From NCBI RefSeq assembly GCF_002854065.1, contig NZ_CP024147.1: a stretch of DNA of 64,000 nt. The stretch is one strand, 5' to 3'. The DNA is from Escherichia coli (lineage in GTDB: Bacteria; Pseudomonadota; Gammaproteobacteria; Enterobacterales; Enterobacteriaceae). Position numbers and translations under genes: made by a program. Each line of letters begins with the position of its first letter. The first letter of the stretch is position 1. Positions 1-15,187 of this stretch are shown one piece after another. Under the pieces are notes generated by a model, which was given only the letters and a program-made list of their open reading frames with translations, was not told the origin of the DNA and did no database searches.

Positions 1-39
1 ACGGCATTTAGCCACCTCCGGTAATTTTTTTAAAAATTT

Positions 40-75
40 TCTGAACTCTTTCTTCCCAGGCGAGTCTGAGTATAT
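40..75 (+). promoter_or_regulatory. Putative sigmaE-type promoter for micA (GAACTC ... TCTGA just upstream of the sRNA 5' end)
   Basis: Motif resembling sigmaE -35 GGAACTT / -10 TCTGA positioned to start at G76; read by eye. Confidence 0.4.
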
Positions 76-148
76 GAAAGACGCGCATTTGTTATCATCA
101 TCCCTGAATTCAGAGATGAAATTTTGGCCACTCACGAGTGGCCTTTTT
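76..148 (+). ncRNA. micA: MicA (SraD) small regulatory RNA
   Basis: Sequence GAAAGACGCGCATTTGTTATCATCATCCCTGAATTCAGAGATGAAATTTTGGCCACTCACGAGTGGCCTTTTT matches the MicA sRNA as I recall it; ends in a GC hairpin plus T-run; lies just downstream of the gshA 3' end. Confidence 0.85.
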
Positions 149-156
149 CTTTTCTG

Positions 157-1740
<1,584 letters not shown>

Positions 1741-1785
1741 TTAATTAGCATAACTGTAATGGTGACCATATGTGCAGGCCTACAA

Positions 1786-2214
1786 TTAGTGCCACCACAT
1801 CATGCCCTGAACGGTCGCTGCTGCAACTGCAACATAGCGTAACGCTTTACCAAGGCACAAAAAAAAGATTACCGGCCCCCAGGAGATGCGCATCCATCCC
1901 GCTAACAGACACAGTAAATCGCCAACCACGGGCATCCAGCTTAATAATAGCGTGACTGCACCATAGCGTTTCAGCCAGCCGGTAGCTTTCTCTTGCCAGC
2001 GCGATGTTTTACGCAATGGAAAGAAACGCCCAAGGATAACGTTAGTTAACCCTCCAAGGCTATTACCCATTGTTGCTGTTAAAACTAAAACCCAGGGATG
2101 ACTGATCCCGGAAAGCAACATTGCCACCAGCACGACTTCGGAGTTGCCGGGTAATAGTGTAGCGCTGAGAAAACTACTGGCAAACAACGAGAAAAGCGAT
2201 AACGCTTCACTCAC
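1786..2214 (-). CDS. yqaA: DedA/YqaA-family inner membrane protein
   Basis: 142-aa hydrophobic ORF in the expected position after gshA. Confidence 0.85.
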   Translation of the reverse strand: MSEALSLFSLFASSFLSATLLPGNSEVVLVAMLLSGISHPWVLVLTATMGNSLGGLTNVILGRFFPLRKTSRWQEKATGWLKRYGAVTLLLSWMPVVGDLLCLLAGWMRISWGPVIFFLCLGKALRYVAVAAATVQGMMWWH

Positions 2215-2777
2215 AGCAAGCGAACATCCACAGCGTCCATGCCTGCTGCACGGGCCGCCTGAATACCGAAATCGGCATCTTCAAAGACCACACACTGCGT
2301 CGGTTGCACGCCCATACGCTGCGCGCACAACAAAAATGTGTCTGGCGCGGGTTTATGGTGTTTGACGTGATCGGCAGCGACGACGGCGTCAAAATAACGG
2401 CGTAATCCCAGGTGCGCCAGCAATGCCTCAGCGATGGCGCTTTCACTCCCCGTTCCTACAGCCATTGGGCGACGACCATGCCAACTTTTCACCACATCAA
2501 CAAGAGGAAGCGGTTCGACGCTATCCAGCAGCATACTTCTGACTGCTTCTGTTTTTTCACGCGCTAACGCATGCGGGTCGAGATCGGCCTGATTCAGCTC
2601 AATAATTGCCTGAGCAATACGCCAGGTGGGCGAGCCATTAAGCGCAATCATTGCCTGAACATCGTACTGAAGACCGTAGTGCCCTAATACTTCGCGCCAC
2701 GCTTTACGGTGCGTAGGCTCCGTATCCAGGATTGTGCCATCCATATCAAAAATTAAACCTGCATAACGCTCGTACAT
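2211..2777 (-). CDS. yqaB: HAD-family sugar phosphatase
   Basis: 188-aa ORF with HAD motif FDMDGTILDTE near the N-terminus; 4-bp overlap with yqaA. Confidence 0.9.
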   Translation of the reverse strand: MYERYAGLIFDMDGTILDTEPTHRKAWREVLGHYGLQYDVQAMIALNGSPTWRIAQAIIELNQADLDPHALAREKTEAVRSMLLDSVEPLPLVDVVKSWHGRRPMAVGTGSESAIAEALLAHLGLRRYFDAVVAADHVKHHKPAPDTFLLCAQRMGVQPTQCVVFEDADFGIQAARAAGMDAVDVRLL

Positions 2778-2921
2778 GGTCTTCTCGCAAGTCGAAAAAT
2801 ATGACGCTACTTTAGCGTAATTGCTTGATTTTGTCGCTGATGGCGAAGGAGAAGAAAATTCAGGAAATGGATAAAGTAGTTATTTAGAAATGAGATATTT
2901 TTGAAGGAAATTTTTTGGAGA

Positions 2922-3057
2922 AGATGGTGCATCCGGGAGGATGACTCACTGGCGTTCGCCCTTCGGGCCGTTGCTAAAGCAACGTTATCCTTCCTGGTGC
3001 CTGCGGTTAATTCCGCTACCTCTTCGATATCTTCATTGCTGAAGATTTCGGAGAATA
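2922..3057 (-). repeat. Repeat unit 1: truncated tRNA-Arg 3' end (2925-2941, 17 nt) fused to a ~116-bp hairpin-rich module, directly abutting the 3' end of the first intact tRNA-Arg
   Basis: TGGTGCATCCGGGAGGA matches the 3' end of the neighbouring tRNA-Arg genes then diverges; module contains palindromes CGTTGCTAAAGCAACG and GCCCTTCGGGC; a second copy is at 3536-3651. Confidence 0.7.
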
Positions 3058-3134
3058 TGGTGCATCCGGGAGGATTCGAACCTCCGACCGCTCGGTTCGT
3101 AGCCGAGTACTCTATCCAGCTGAGCTACGGATGC
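3058..3134 (-). tRNA. argQ: tRNA-Arg (anticodon ACG)
   Basis: Reverse complement gives GCATCCGTAGCTCAGCTGGATAGAGTACTCGGCTACGAACCGAGCGGTCGGAGGTTCGAATCCTCCCGGATGCACCA; copy name assigned by order only. Confidence 0.93.
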
Positions 3135-3236
3135 ATCGGGAAAATTTATTTTACTGCTGATATTGATATCGCTACTAAAGCCATATCAAATAAGAAAATC
3201 CATCTTAACCATCATCACTGATGATTACGGAGAATA

Positions 3237-3313
3237 TGGTGCATCCGGGAGGATTCGAACCTCCGACCGCTCGGTTCGTAGCCGAGTACTCTATCCAGCT
3301 GAGCTACGGATGC
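3237..3313 (-). tRNA. argZ: tRNA-Arg (anticodon ACG)
   Basis: Identical 77-nt tRNA-Arg sequence; copy name by order only. Confidence 0.93.
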
Positions 3314-3375
3314 ATCGGGAAATTTATTTTACTGCTGATATTGATACCGCTACTAAAGCCATATCAAGTAAGAGA

Positions 3376-3452
3376 TGGTGCATCCGGGAGGATTCGAACC
3401 TCCGACCGCTCGGTTCGTAGCCGAGTACTCTATCCAGCTGAGCTACGGATGC
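3376..3452 (-). tRNA. argY: tRNA-Arg (anticodon ACG)
   Basis: Identical 77-nt tRNA-Arg sequence; copy name by order only. Confidence 0.93.
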
Positions 3453-3535
3453 ATCGGGAAACTTACTTTACTGCAGATTTTTTGATACCGCTACTAAAGC
3501 CGTATCAAGTAAGAGATGGTGCATCCGGGAGGATT

Positions 3536-3651
3536 ACTCGCCTTGCGGCTCGCCCTTCGGGCCGTTGCTAAAGCAACGTTATCCTCCCTGGTGCCTGCGG
3601 TTAGTACCGCCACCTCTTCCATACCTTCATCGCTGAAGGTTACGGAGAATA
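3536..3651 (-). repeat. Repeat unit 2: truncated tRNA-Arg 3' end (3536-3554, 19 nt) fused to a ~97-bp hairpin-rich module, directly abutting the 3' end of the fourth tRNA-Arg
   Basis: TGGTGCATCCGGGAGGATT then divergence; same CGTTGCTAAAGCAACG / GCCCTTCGGGC module as unit 1. Confidence 0.7.
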
Positions 3652-3728
3652 TGGTGCATCCGGGAGGATTCGAACCTCCGACCGCTCGGTTCGTAGCCGA
3701 GTACTCTATCCAGCTGAGCTACGGATGC
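3652..3728 (-). tRNA. argV: tRNA-Arg (anticodon ACG)
   Basis: Identical 77-nt tRNA-Arg sequence, 3 bp from tRNA-Ser. Confidence 0.93.
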
Positions 3729-3731
3729 AAA

Positions 3732-3824
3732 TGGCGGTGAGGCGGGGATTCGAACCCCGGATGCAGCTTTTGACCGCATACTCCCTTAGCAGGGGAGCGC
3801 CTTCAGCCTCTCGGCCACCTCACC
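3732..3824 (-). tRNA. serV: tRNA-Ser (anticodon GCU)
   Basis: Reverse complement gives GGTGAGGTGGCCGAGAGGCTGAAGGCGCTCCCCTGCTAAGGGAGTATGCGGTCAAAAGCTGCATCCGGGGTTCGAATCCCCGCCTCACCGCCA with long variable arm. Confidence 0.93.
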
Positions 3825-3886
3825 ACACGCCTCTTACGAGTGCTTCGAAGAACTTGTTTATCGCTCATCGTCGCTGCGTGGCGCAC

Positions 3887-3914
3887 ATATTACTTTCTGA
3901 GACTTATAAGTCAA
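3887..3914 (-). promoter_or_regulatory. Putative sigma70 promoter of the serV-arg tRNA operon (-35 TTGACT, 16-bp spacer, -10 TAATAT, GC-rich discriminator)
   Basis: Motifs read on the minus strand about 55 nt upstream of the serV 5' end. Confidence 0.55.
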
Positions 3915-4140
3915 ACAATTTTTCCCACACTTTTATCGTTTGCACACTTCACGCTCAATTAGTCTGTAAAAACGTCAAAAAGAGTGTTTTATCAACAGAA
4001 AAAACGGAAGTCTGACAGATAGCAGTAATGTAAAAAAATGGAGACTTAAGTTGAATGAACGGGAGTAAAGCGAAAAGACTATAGAGTGAAGGAGAAATTT
4101 TGAGGGTGCGTCTCACCGATAAAGATGAGACGCGGAAAGA

Positions 4141-4326
4141 TTAGTAACTGGACTGCTGGGATTTTTCAGCCTGGATACGCTGGTAGATCTCTTCACGGTG
4201 AACAGAAACTTCCTTCGGGGCATTTACGCCAATACGTACCTGGTTGCCCTTTACCCCTAAAACTGTCACGGTGACCTCATCCCCAATCATGAGGGTCTCA
4301 CCAACTCGACGAGTCAGAATCAGCAT
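4141..4326 (-). CDS. csrA: Carbon storage regulator CsrA
   Basis: 61-aa [51 protein letters not shown]. Confidence 0.98.
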
Positions 4327-4560
4327 TCTTTGCTCCTTGAAAGATTAAAAGAGTCGGGTCTCTCTGTATCCCGGCATTATCCATCATATAACGCCAAAAA
4401 GTAAGCAATGACAAACACATTACATCTAAGCAGTCATGGCATTACATTCTGTTAAACCTAAGTTTAGCCGATATACACAACTTCAACCTGACTTTATCGT
4501 TGTCGATAGCGTTAATGCGAATGCCGTGAAGCGAGTCCACGGCATTGCCTGACGCTTATA

Positions 4561-7191
4561 TTATTGCAATTTCGCGCTGACCCAGCCTTTCACACTGGCT
4601 AACGCTGCAGGTAAGGCCGCAGCATCCGTACCACCGGCTTGCGCCATGTCAGGACGTCCACCCCCCTTGCCGCCCACCTGCTGAGCGACCATACCAATCA
4701 GTTCCCCTGCTTTCACACGATCTGTGACGTCCTTAGATACGCCTGCAATCAGAGAAACCTTACCTTCGGCTACCGTTGCCAGCACGATAATTGTCGACCC
4801 CAGCTGATTTTTTAAATCGTCAACCATGGTACGCAACATTTTCGGCTCAACACCGCTAAGCTCGCTAACCAACAGCTTAACACCATTAACATCAATTGCC
4901 TTACTGGAAAGATTTGCGCTCTCCTGTGCGGCAGCTTGTTCTTTAAGCTGTTGTAGTTCTTTTTCTAACTGACGCGTACGTTCCAGTACTGAGCGCACTT
5001 TATCAGCCAGATTATTGCTATCGCCTTTCAGCAGATGCGCGACTTCGCTTAAGCGATCGCTGTCTGCATGAACGGTGGCGATAGCGCCTTCTCCGGTTAC
5101 CGCTTCGATACGACGAACGCCTGCAGCAGTACCCGATTCAGAGATGATGCGGAACAGACCAATATCACCAGTGCGGCTGGCGTGAGTACCGCCACACAGC
5201 TCGGTGGAGAAATCGCCCATGCTCAGCACGCGTACGCGCTCATCATACTTCTCGCCGAACAGCGCCATCGCACCTTTCGCTTTCGCCGCTTCGAGATCCA
5301 TGATGTTGGTTTCGATCGGCAAATTGCGACGAATCTGTGCGTTCACCAGGTCTTCGACCGCACGAATCTCTTCTGGTTTCATCGCTTCGTTGTGTGAGAA
5401 GTCGAAGCGCAGCACCTTGTCGTTAACCAGTGAACCTTTCTGCGATACATGAGTACCCAGAACCTGGCGCAGCGCAGCGTGCATCAGGTGCGTTGCGGAG
5501 TGATTCAGACGAATACGGGCGCGACGAGCCTCATCAACATCAGCCTGCACCGCGTCGCCCACTTTCAGAGAACCCGCAGCAAGTTTACCGATGTGACCAA
5601 TCGCCTGGCCGTATTTCTGCGTATCTTCCACCGCAAAGGAGAAGTTAGCGCCTTTCAGTTCGCCTTTATCGCCAACCTGACCGCCGGATTCCGCATAGAA
5701 TGGCGTTTGATCCAGCACGACCACAGCTTCCTGGCCTGCATTGATGGCATCAACCGCTTTACCATCAACAAACAGCGCAGTCACTTTGCCGTTCAGTTCC
5801 AGATGGTCATAACCTTTAAATTCAGATGCACTGTCAACACGGATCATTGCGTTGTAATCGGCACCAAAGCCGCTGGCTTCGCGCGCGCGACGACGCTGCT
5901 CTTCCATTGCAGCTTCAAAACCAGCTTCGTCAACTTTGATGTTGCGCTCACGACAAACATCAGCCGTCAGGTCAACCGGGAAGCCATAGGTGTCGTACAG
6001 ACGGAAAGCAGTTTCACCATCCAGCGTATCACCAGAAAGTTTTGCCAGCTCTTCATCCAGCAACGCCAGACCGCGCTCCAGAGTACGAGCAAACTGCTCT
6101 TCTTCAGTCTTCAGCACCTGCTCAACCTGCGCCTGCTGGCGTTTCAGGTCTTCACCCGCAGAGCCCATAACGTCGATCAGCGGACCAACCAGTTTGTAGA
6201 AGAAGGTTTCTTTCGCGCCGAGCATATTACCGTGACGCACTGCGCGACGAATGATACGACGCAGTACATAACCACGGTTTTCATTGGACGGCATTACGCC
6301 ATCCGCGATCAGGAACGCACAAGAACGAATGTGGTCAGCGATTACGCGCAGCGATTTATTGCTCAGATCGGTTGCGCCAGTAACTTTCGCTACCGCCTGG
6401 ATCAACGTGCGGAACAGGTCGATGTCATAGTTAGAGTTAACGTGTTGCAGCACCGCAGCAATACGCTCCAGACCCATACCGGTATCTACAGACGGCTTCG
6501 GCAGCGGTTCCATCGTGCCATCGGCCTGGCGGTTGAACTGCATGAAGACGATGTTCCAGATCTCAATGTAGCGGTCGCCGTCTTCTTCCGGACTTCCCGG
6601 AGGGCCACCCCAAATGTGGTCGCCGTGATCGTAGAAGATTTCGGTGCACGGGCCGCACGGACCAGTGTCACCCATCTGCCAGAAGTTGTCAGATGCGTAT
6701 GGCGCACCTTTGTTATCGCCGATGCGAATAATACGTTCGCGCGGGATCCCGACTTCTTTTTCCCAGATTTCGTAGGCTTCGTCGTCGCTTTCATAGACGG
6801 TAACCCACAGACGCTCTTTCGGCAGGGCAAACCATTTTTCGCTGGTCAGCAGTTCCCATGCAAACTGAATGGCATCGTGTTTGAAATAGTCGCCGAAGCT
6901 GAAGTTGCCCAGCATTTCGAAGAAGGTATGGTGACGCGCGGTGTAACCGACGTTTTCCAGGTCGTTGTGTTTACCACCCGCACGCACGCAGCGTTGGGAA
7001 GTGGTAGCGCGGGAATAATTACGCTTGTCGAGCCCAAGGAACACATCCTTGAACTGGTTCATCCCGGCGTTGGTAAACAACAAAGTTGGGTCGTTATGGG
7101 GTACCAGGGAGCTGCTGGCAACTACCTGATGTCCCTTACTATGGAAAAAGTCGAGAAACGCCTGACGGATCTCAGCGGTGCTCTTGCTCAT
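4561..7191 (-). CDS. alaS: Alanine--tRNA ligase
   Basis: 876-aa ORF, N-terminus [24 protein letters not shown]. Confidence 0.97.
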   Translation of the reverse strand: MSKSTAEIRQAFLDFFHSKGHQVVASSSLVPHNDPTLLFTNAGMNQFKDVFLGLDKRNYSRATTSQRCVRAGGKHNDLENVGYTARHHTFFEMLGNFSFGDYFKHDAIQFAWELLTSEKWFALPKERLWVTVYESDDEAYEIWEKEVGIPRERIIRIGDNKGAPYASDNFWQMGDTGPCGPCTEIFYDHGDHIWGGPPGSPEEDGDRYIEIWNIVFMQFNRQADGTMEPLPKPSVDTGMGLERIAAVLQHVNSNYDIDLFRTLIQAVAKVTGATDLSNKSLRVIADHIRSCAFLIADGVMPSNENRGYVLRRIIRRAVRHGNMLGAKETFFYKLVGPLIDVMGSAGEDLKRQQAQVEQVLKTEEEQFARTLERGLALLDEELAKLSGDTLDGETAFRLYDTYGFPVDLTADVCRERNIKVDEAGFEAAMEEQRRRAREASGFGADYNAMIRVDSASEFKGYDHLELNGKVTALFVDGKAVDAINAGQEAVVVLDQTPFYAESGGQVGDKGELKGANFSFAVEDTQKYGQAIGHIGKLAAGSLKVGDAVQADVDEARRARIRLNHSATHLMHAALRQVLGTHVSQKGSLVNDKVLRFDFSHNEAMKPEEIRAVEDLVNAQIRRNLPIETNIMDLEAAKAKGAMALFGEKYDERVRVLSMGDFSTELCGGTHASRTGDIGLFRIISESGTAAGVRRIEAVTGEGAIATVHADSDRLSEVAHLLKGDSNNLADKVRSVLERTRQLEKELQQLKEQAAAQESANLSSKAIDVNGVKLLVSELSGVEPKMLRTMVDDLKNQLGSTIIVLATVAEGKVSLIAGVSKDVTDRVKAGELIGMVAQQVGGKGGGRPDMAQAGGTDAAALPAALASVKGWVSAKLQ

Positions 7192-7318
7192 AATTATCCT
7201 GAAATCAAGCTAACGAAATATCGCCACCAGCTCCAGCGTGTCTTAACCGCCGGGCTGGTAACTGAAAAGTGGGAATAAGATAAGTTTTCTTGACTGGGAA
7301 GTAAAATACCGTATGCGT

Positions 7319-7819
7319 TCAGTCGGCAAAATTTCGCCAAATATCCTGGATATCTTCCATCAGATAGCCACGATAGAGCAGAAAACGCTGGATCTTAACT
7401 TTTTCTGAAAAGACAGTTGGCAAAGGTTCACCATATTTTCGCGTCGCCTGATCGCGCGCCAGTGCGCACCAGTCGATGTCACATTCACGCATCGCTTTTT
7501 CTGTCGCTTCGCGGGAAATACCTTTCTGATTCAGTTCCTGGCGAATACGCGCAGGTCCATAACCTTTGCGGCTACGGCTGGCGATAAAGCGCGCAACAAA
7601 TCGGCTGTCATCGAGATAGCCATGTTCATGGCACCAGGCAATAACGCGCTCGTAATCTTCTGCCGTAGCATCAATCTCTTCTGGGCCATTTTTGCCCATA
7701 ATCGGTGCCGCGAGTTTACGTCGCAGTTCTTGCTCACTGTGATCGCGCACCGCCAGAATGCGTACCGCACGATCCAACAGGCGAGCATATGCCGGGCGAC
7801 GGGACGTTGATTCTGTCAT
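7319..7819 (-). CDS. recX: RecA inhibitor RecX
   Basis: 166-aa [39 protein letters not shown] immediately downstream of recA. Confidence 0.95.
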   Translation of the reverse strand: MTESTSRRPAYARLLDRAVRILAVRDHSEQELRRKLAAPIMGKNGPEEIDATAEDYERVIAWCHEHGYLDDSRFVARFIASRSRKGYGPARIRQELNQKGISREATEKAMRECDIDWCALARDQATRKYGEPLPTVFSEKVKIQRFLLYRGYLMEDIQDIWRNFAD

Positions 7820-7837
7820 GGCATATCCTTACAACTT

Positions 7838-7867
7838 AAAAAAGCAAAAGGGCCGCAGATGCGACCC
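7838..7867 (-). terminator. Rho-independent terminator between recA and recX
   Basis: GGGTCGCATCTGCGGCCC stem followed by TTTTGCTTTTTT on the transcribed strand. Confidence 0.7.
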
Positions 7868-7980
7868 AAGTTTTGCTGATAAACAGATTTAATAGTCAAT
7901 GAGTGTGCAGAATGTTCCCGCAGGCCCAATTCGTTAGAGGATCGAGGTGAGAGTAATTTTTCACGCCAGTGCTGGCCTGT

Positions 7981-8034
7981 ACCCCTCCCCCTCCCCCTCA
8001 CCCTAACCCTCTCCCCAAAGGGGCGAGGGGACCG
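7981..8034. repeat. C-rich (plus strand) / G-tract (recA-sense strand) hairpin-forming element in the recA 3' flank
   Basis: acccctccccctccccctcaccctaaccctctccccaaaggggcgagggga; on the recA strand four or more G-runs and an imperfect CCTCGCCCC/GGGGAGAGG inverted repeat. Confidence 0.6.
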
Positions 8035-8073
8035 TCCGTGCACACATTATCTATTATCATCAATAACGAACGA

Positions 8074-9214
<1,141 letters not shown>

Positions 9215-9712
9215 TCAAGTGTTTTGTAGAAATTGTTGCCACAAGGTCTGCAATGCATACGCAGTAGCCTGACGACGCACCGCATCACGGTCGCCGCTGA
9301 AGCATTCCCTCCGGGTAATGCCTTCACCGCGGGCAGTGGCAAAAGCAAACCAGACGGTGCCGACAGGCTTCTCTTCACTGCCGCCATCCGGCCCGGCGAT
9401 ACCACTAATAGACACGGCATAATCAGCACGAGCCGCTTTCAGTGCACCTATCGCCATTTCCACCACGACGGGTTCGCTCACCGCGCCATGCTGCGCCAGC
9501 GTCTCTTCGCGTACGCCGATCATTTGCGCTTTGGCTTCGTTACTGTAGGTGACAAATCCGCGTTCAAACCAGGCGGAACTGCCGGCAATATCGGTAATCA
9601 CTTTCGCTACCCAACCGCCGGTACAAGACTCAGCAGTTGTTACGGTTGCGCCACGGGCTTTCAGCGCCTGCCCAACCTGTTCGCTTAACTGCATCAGTTC
9701 ACTGTCAGTCAT
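9215..9712 (-). CDS. pncC: NMN amidohydrolase (CinA-like C-terminal domain)
   Basis: 165-aa ORF MTDSELMQLSEQVGQALKARGATV. Confidence 0.9.
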   Translation of the reverse strand: MTDSELMQLSEQVGQALKARGATVTTAESCTGGWVAKVITDIAGSSAWFERGFVTYSNEAKAQMIGVREETLAQHGAVSEPVVVEMAIGALKAARADYAVSISGIAGPDGGSEEKPVGTVWFAFATARGEGITRRECFSGDRDAVRRQATAYALQTLWQQFLQNT

Positions 9713-9856
9713 CACAACCTCTGTCAGTCAAAAATTTATGCCGGACAAGATAGCACTTTCGTCAGGAAGATGGTGTTGGCGTTGCAATTTTACGAGGAGG
9801 ATTCAGAAAAAAGCTGATTAGCCAGAGGGAAGCTCACGCCCCCCTCTTGCAAATAG

Positions 9857-10942
9857 TTACTGCACGCGCGCCAGCGCCACGGCTTGTCCTAACTGCCAGA
9901 CCGCCATTGCGTAATGGGTGCTGTGGTTATAACGGGTAATGGTGTAGAAGTTCGGCAGACCGTACCAGTACTGGTAACCGGTACCGACATCCAGACGCAG
10001 CAGGCTGGCTTGTTGATGGTTGCCCAGCGGCTGCTGTGGCGTTAAACCTGCCGCGGCAAGCTGCGAAATGCTGTACCTGGTTTTGAAGCCATTTGGCAAG
10101 CCTGGAGCCTGACCGTTTGCCATTACCGCGACCTGATCGCCTTTCACCCAGCCGTGCGCTTTGAAATAGTTCGCCACGCTACCGATCGCATCAACCGGAT
10201 CCCACAGGTTGATATGCCCGTCGCCGCTGAAATCCACTGCATATTGTTTGTAAGACGACGGCATAAACTGTCCGTAGCCCATCGCCCCGGCAAAGGAACC
10301 TTTCAGATTGAGCGGATCGTCCTGCTCGTCGCGCGCCATCAGCAGGAAGGTTTCCAGCTCGCCAGAGAAATACTCCGCGCGGCGTGGGTAGTTAAATGAC
10401 AGCGTTGCCAGCGCATCGAGGATGCGAGTTTTCCCCATCACGCGCCCCCAGCGGGTTTCAACGCCGATAATCCCGACGATAATTTCCGGCGGTACGCCAT
10501 ACACCTGCCATGCGCGATTCAACGCATCTTCATACTGATTCCAGAAAACCACACCGTTCTGCACATTGTCCGGCGTAATAAATTTTTTGCGATAACGCAG
10601 CCATGCGCCGTTCGGACCTGATGGCGGTTTCACCGATGTGGTTGGTGCCTGGTTATCCATCAGCCGCAGTACCGAATCCAGACGTTTCGCCTGGGAGAGA
10701 ATTTCCTGCAACTGCTGACGATCGAAACCGTGTTTGTTCACCATTCTGTCGATGAACTGCTGGGCATTCGGGTTATTAGCGAAATCGCCGCCCATCTGCA
10801 TCACATTGTGCTGCGGCTCAAGCAGGAAGCCGCCAGACGGCGTTCCGGTGGTCGTTTCAGTCTCAGTAGGTTTTGGCTTGCTGCTACAGGCGGCAAGCAA
10901 CACAAAAAGGGGAAGCAATGTTACATAACGACGCTTGAACAT
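9857..10942 (-). CDS. mltB: Membrane-bound lytic murein transglycosylase B (lipoprotein)
   Basis: ORF with signal peptide and lipobox MFKRRYVTLLPLFVLLAACSS; start set at MFKRRY (361 aa). Confidence 0.92.
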   Translation of the reverse strand: MFKRRYVTLLPLFVLLAACSSKPKPTETETTTGTPSGGFLLEPQHNVMQMGGDFANNPNAQQFIDRMVNKHGFDRQQLQEILSQAKRLDSVLRLMDNQAPTTSVKPPSGPNGAWLRYRKKFITPDNVQNGVVFWNQYEDALNRAWQVYGVPPEIIVGIIGVETRWGRVMGKTRILDALATLSFNYPRRAEYFSGELETFLLMARDEQDDPLNLKGSFAGAMGYGQFMPSSYKQYAVDFSGDGHINLWDPVDAIGSVANYFKAHGWVKGDQVAVMANGQAPGLPNGFKTRYSISQLAAAGLTPQQPLGNHQQASLLRLDVGTGYQYWYGLPNFYTITRYNHSTHYAMAVWQLGQAVALARVQ

Positions 10943-11179
10943 GAGGGGTCCATTTAACAGATTCAACCAGGGGCAAGTATGGTAAAGCATCACGCCCCGC
11001 ACAAGGAAGCGGTAGTCACTGCCCGATACGGACTTTACATAACTCAACTCATTCTCCTCGCTATCCTTTTACTCAAACTTTCAAATTAAAATATTTATCT
11101 TTCATTTTGCGATCAAAATAACACTTTTAAATCTTTCAATCTGATTATATTAGGTTGCCGTTTGGTAATAAAACAATAA

Positions 11180-12717
<1,538 letters not shown>

Positions 12718-12727
12718 AGGCTGAAAC

Positions 12728-13882
<1,155 letters not shown>

Positions 13883-13889
13883 TCAACAG

Positions 13890-13952
13890 CGGAGATCCGT
13901 TAAGGATCTCCGTGAGACTAATAGAATGCCTGATGCGCTACGCTCATCAGGC
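13890..13952. repeat. Two perfect/near-perfect stem-loops in the srlD-gutM spacer (CGGAGATCCgttaaGGATCTCCG; REP-like GCCTGATGcgctacgcTCATCAGGC)
   Basis: Inverted repeats read directly from the sequence. Confidence 0.7.
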
Positions 13953-13987
13953 ATACAGGACTTCCGCCACTACATTAAGGAAAAGTT

Positions 13988-14347
13988 ATGGTATCCGCAC
14001 TCATCACTGTCGCCGTTATCGCCTGGTGTGCGCAACTGGCCTTAGGCGGCTGGCAAATTTCTCGTTTTAACCGTGCCTTCGACACACTATGCCAGCAAGG
14101 GCGGGTTGGCGTGGGCCGTTCCAGCGGGCGCTTTAAACCGCGGGTCGTGGTCGCCATCGCCCTGGACGATCAGCAGCGCATCGCCGACACCTTGTTTATG
14201 AAAGGACTGACCGTCTTCGCCCGACCGCAAAAAATTCCCGCAATTACCGGTATGCATGCGGGTGATTTACAGCCCGATGTGATCTTTCCCCATGATCCAC
14301 TATCACAGAATGCTCTATCATTGGCGCTTAAACTGAAACGTGGATAA
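13988..14347 (+). CDS. gutM: Glucitol operon activator GutM
   Basis: 119-aa ORF in operon position. Confidence 0.9.
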   Translation: MVSALITVAVIAWCAQLALGGWQISRFNRAFDTLCQQGRVGVGRSSGRFKPRVVVAIALDDQQRIADTLFMKGLTVFARPQKIPAITGMHAGDLQPDVIFPHDPLSQNALSLALKLKRG

Positions 14348-14413
14348 TTTCGTTGTGAATGTTACTTGCTTGCGAAGTTATCATTTTGAAACCTAAATCA
14401 GGTAATCACGCCC

Positions 14414-15187
14414 ATGAAACCTCGTCAGCGTCAAGCCGCCATTCTGGAGTATCTGCAAAAGCAGGGTAAATGCTCGGTTGAAGAATTGGCGCAATACTTT
14501 GACACCACAGGCACAACCATTCGCAAAGATCTGGTCATTCTGGAACATGCCGGAACCGTCATTCGTACTTATGGCGGAGTGGTGTTGAATAAAGAGGAAG
14601 CCGATCCGCCTATCGATCATAAAACACTCATCAACACCCACAAGAAAGAGCTGATAGCAGAAGCTGCCGTTGGTTTTATTCATGATGGCGATTCGATCAT
14701 TCTTGATGCTGGCAGCACCGTTTTGCAGATGGTGCCTCTGCTCTCGCGCTTTAATAACATCACGGTGATGACCAACAGTCTGCATATCGTCAATGCGTTA
14801 TCTGAACTGGATAATGAACAAACTATCCTGATGCCAGGCGGAACGTTTCGTAAAAAATCGGCCTCATTTCACGGGCAGCTGGCAGAGAATGCCTTCGAGC
14901 ATTTCACCTTCGACAAATTATTCATGGGTACTGACGGCATCGATCTCAATGCGGGCGTAACCACCTTCAACGAGGTCTATACCGTCAGTAAGGCAATGTG
15001 CAATGCCGCGCGCGAAGTGATTTTGATGGCGGACTCATCAAAGTTTGGCCGTAAAAGCCCCAACGTAGTTTGCAGTCTTGAAAGCGTCGATAAGCTGATT
15101 ACCGACGCAGATATCGATCCGGCGTTTCGTCAGGCGCTGGAAGAGAAAGGGATCGATGTGATCATAACCGGAGAGAGCAATGAGTGA
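14414..15187 (+). CDS. srlR: DeoR-family glucitol operon repressor
   Basis: 257-aa ORF with N-terminal HTH and DeoR C-terminal domain. Confidence 0.93.
   Translation: MKPRQRQAAILEYLQKQGKCSVEELAQYFDTTGTTIRKDLVILEHAGTVIRTYGGVVLNKEEADPPIDHKTLINTHKKELIAEAAVGFIHDGDSIILDAGSTVLQMVPLLSRFNNITVMTNSLHIVNALSELDNEQTILMPGGTFRKKSASFHGQLAENAFEHFTFDKLFMGTDGIDLNAGVTTFNEVYTVSKAMCNAAREVILMADSSKFGRKSPNVVCSLESVDKLITDADIDPAFRQALEEKGIDVIITGESNE

Noticed and set aside
2957-3030. Plus-strand motif CCTGCGGTT...CACCTC in both tRNA-cluster modules resembling the 16S rRNA 3' end (anti-SD region)
   Set aside because: Only a 9-mer plus a 6-mer match, on the strand opposite to operon transcription; judged coincidental.
2901-3740. 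Overlapping plus-strand ORFs encoding repeated peptides ([26 protein letters not shown]...)
   Set aside because: These are translations of the reverse complement of the tandem tRNA-Arg genes; the repetition reflects tRNA gene copies, not a protein.
5449-7278. 609-aa open reading frame on the plus strand
   Set aside because: Lies entirely antisense to alaS, whose identity is unambiguous; no RBS context and low-complexity translation. Long antisense ORFs are common opposite highly expressed genes.
7981-8034. Short repeated CCCCT/CCCTC units considered as a possible CRISPR or microsatellite
   Set aside because: No regular repeat-spacer periodicity and no cas genes nearby; better described as a G/C-tract hairpin element in the recA 3' flank.
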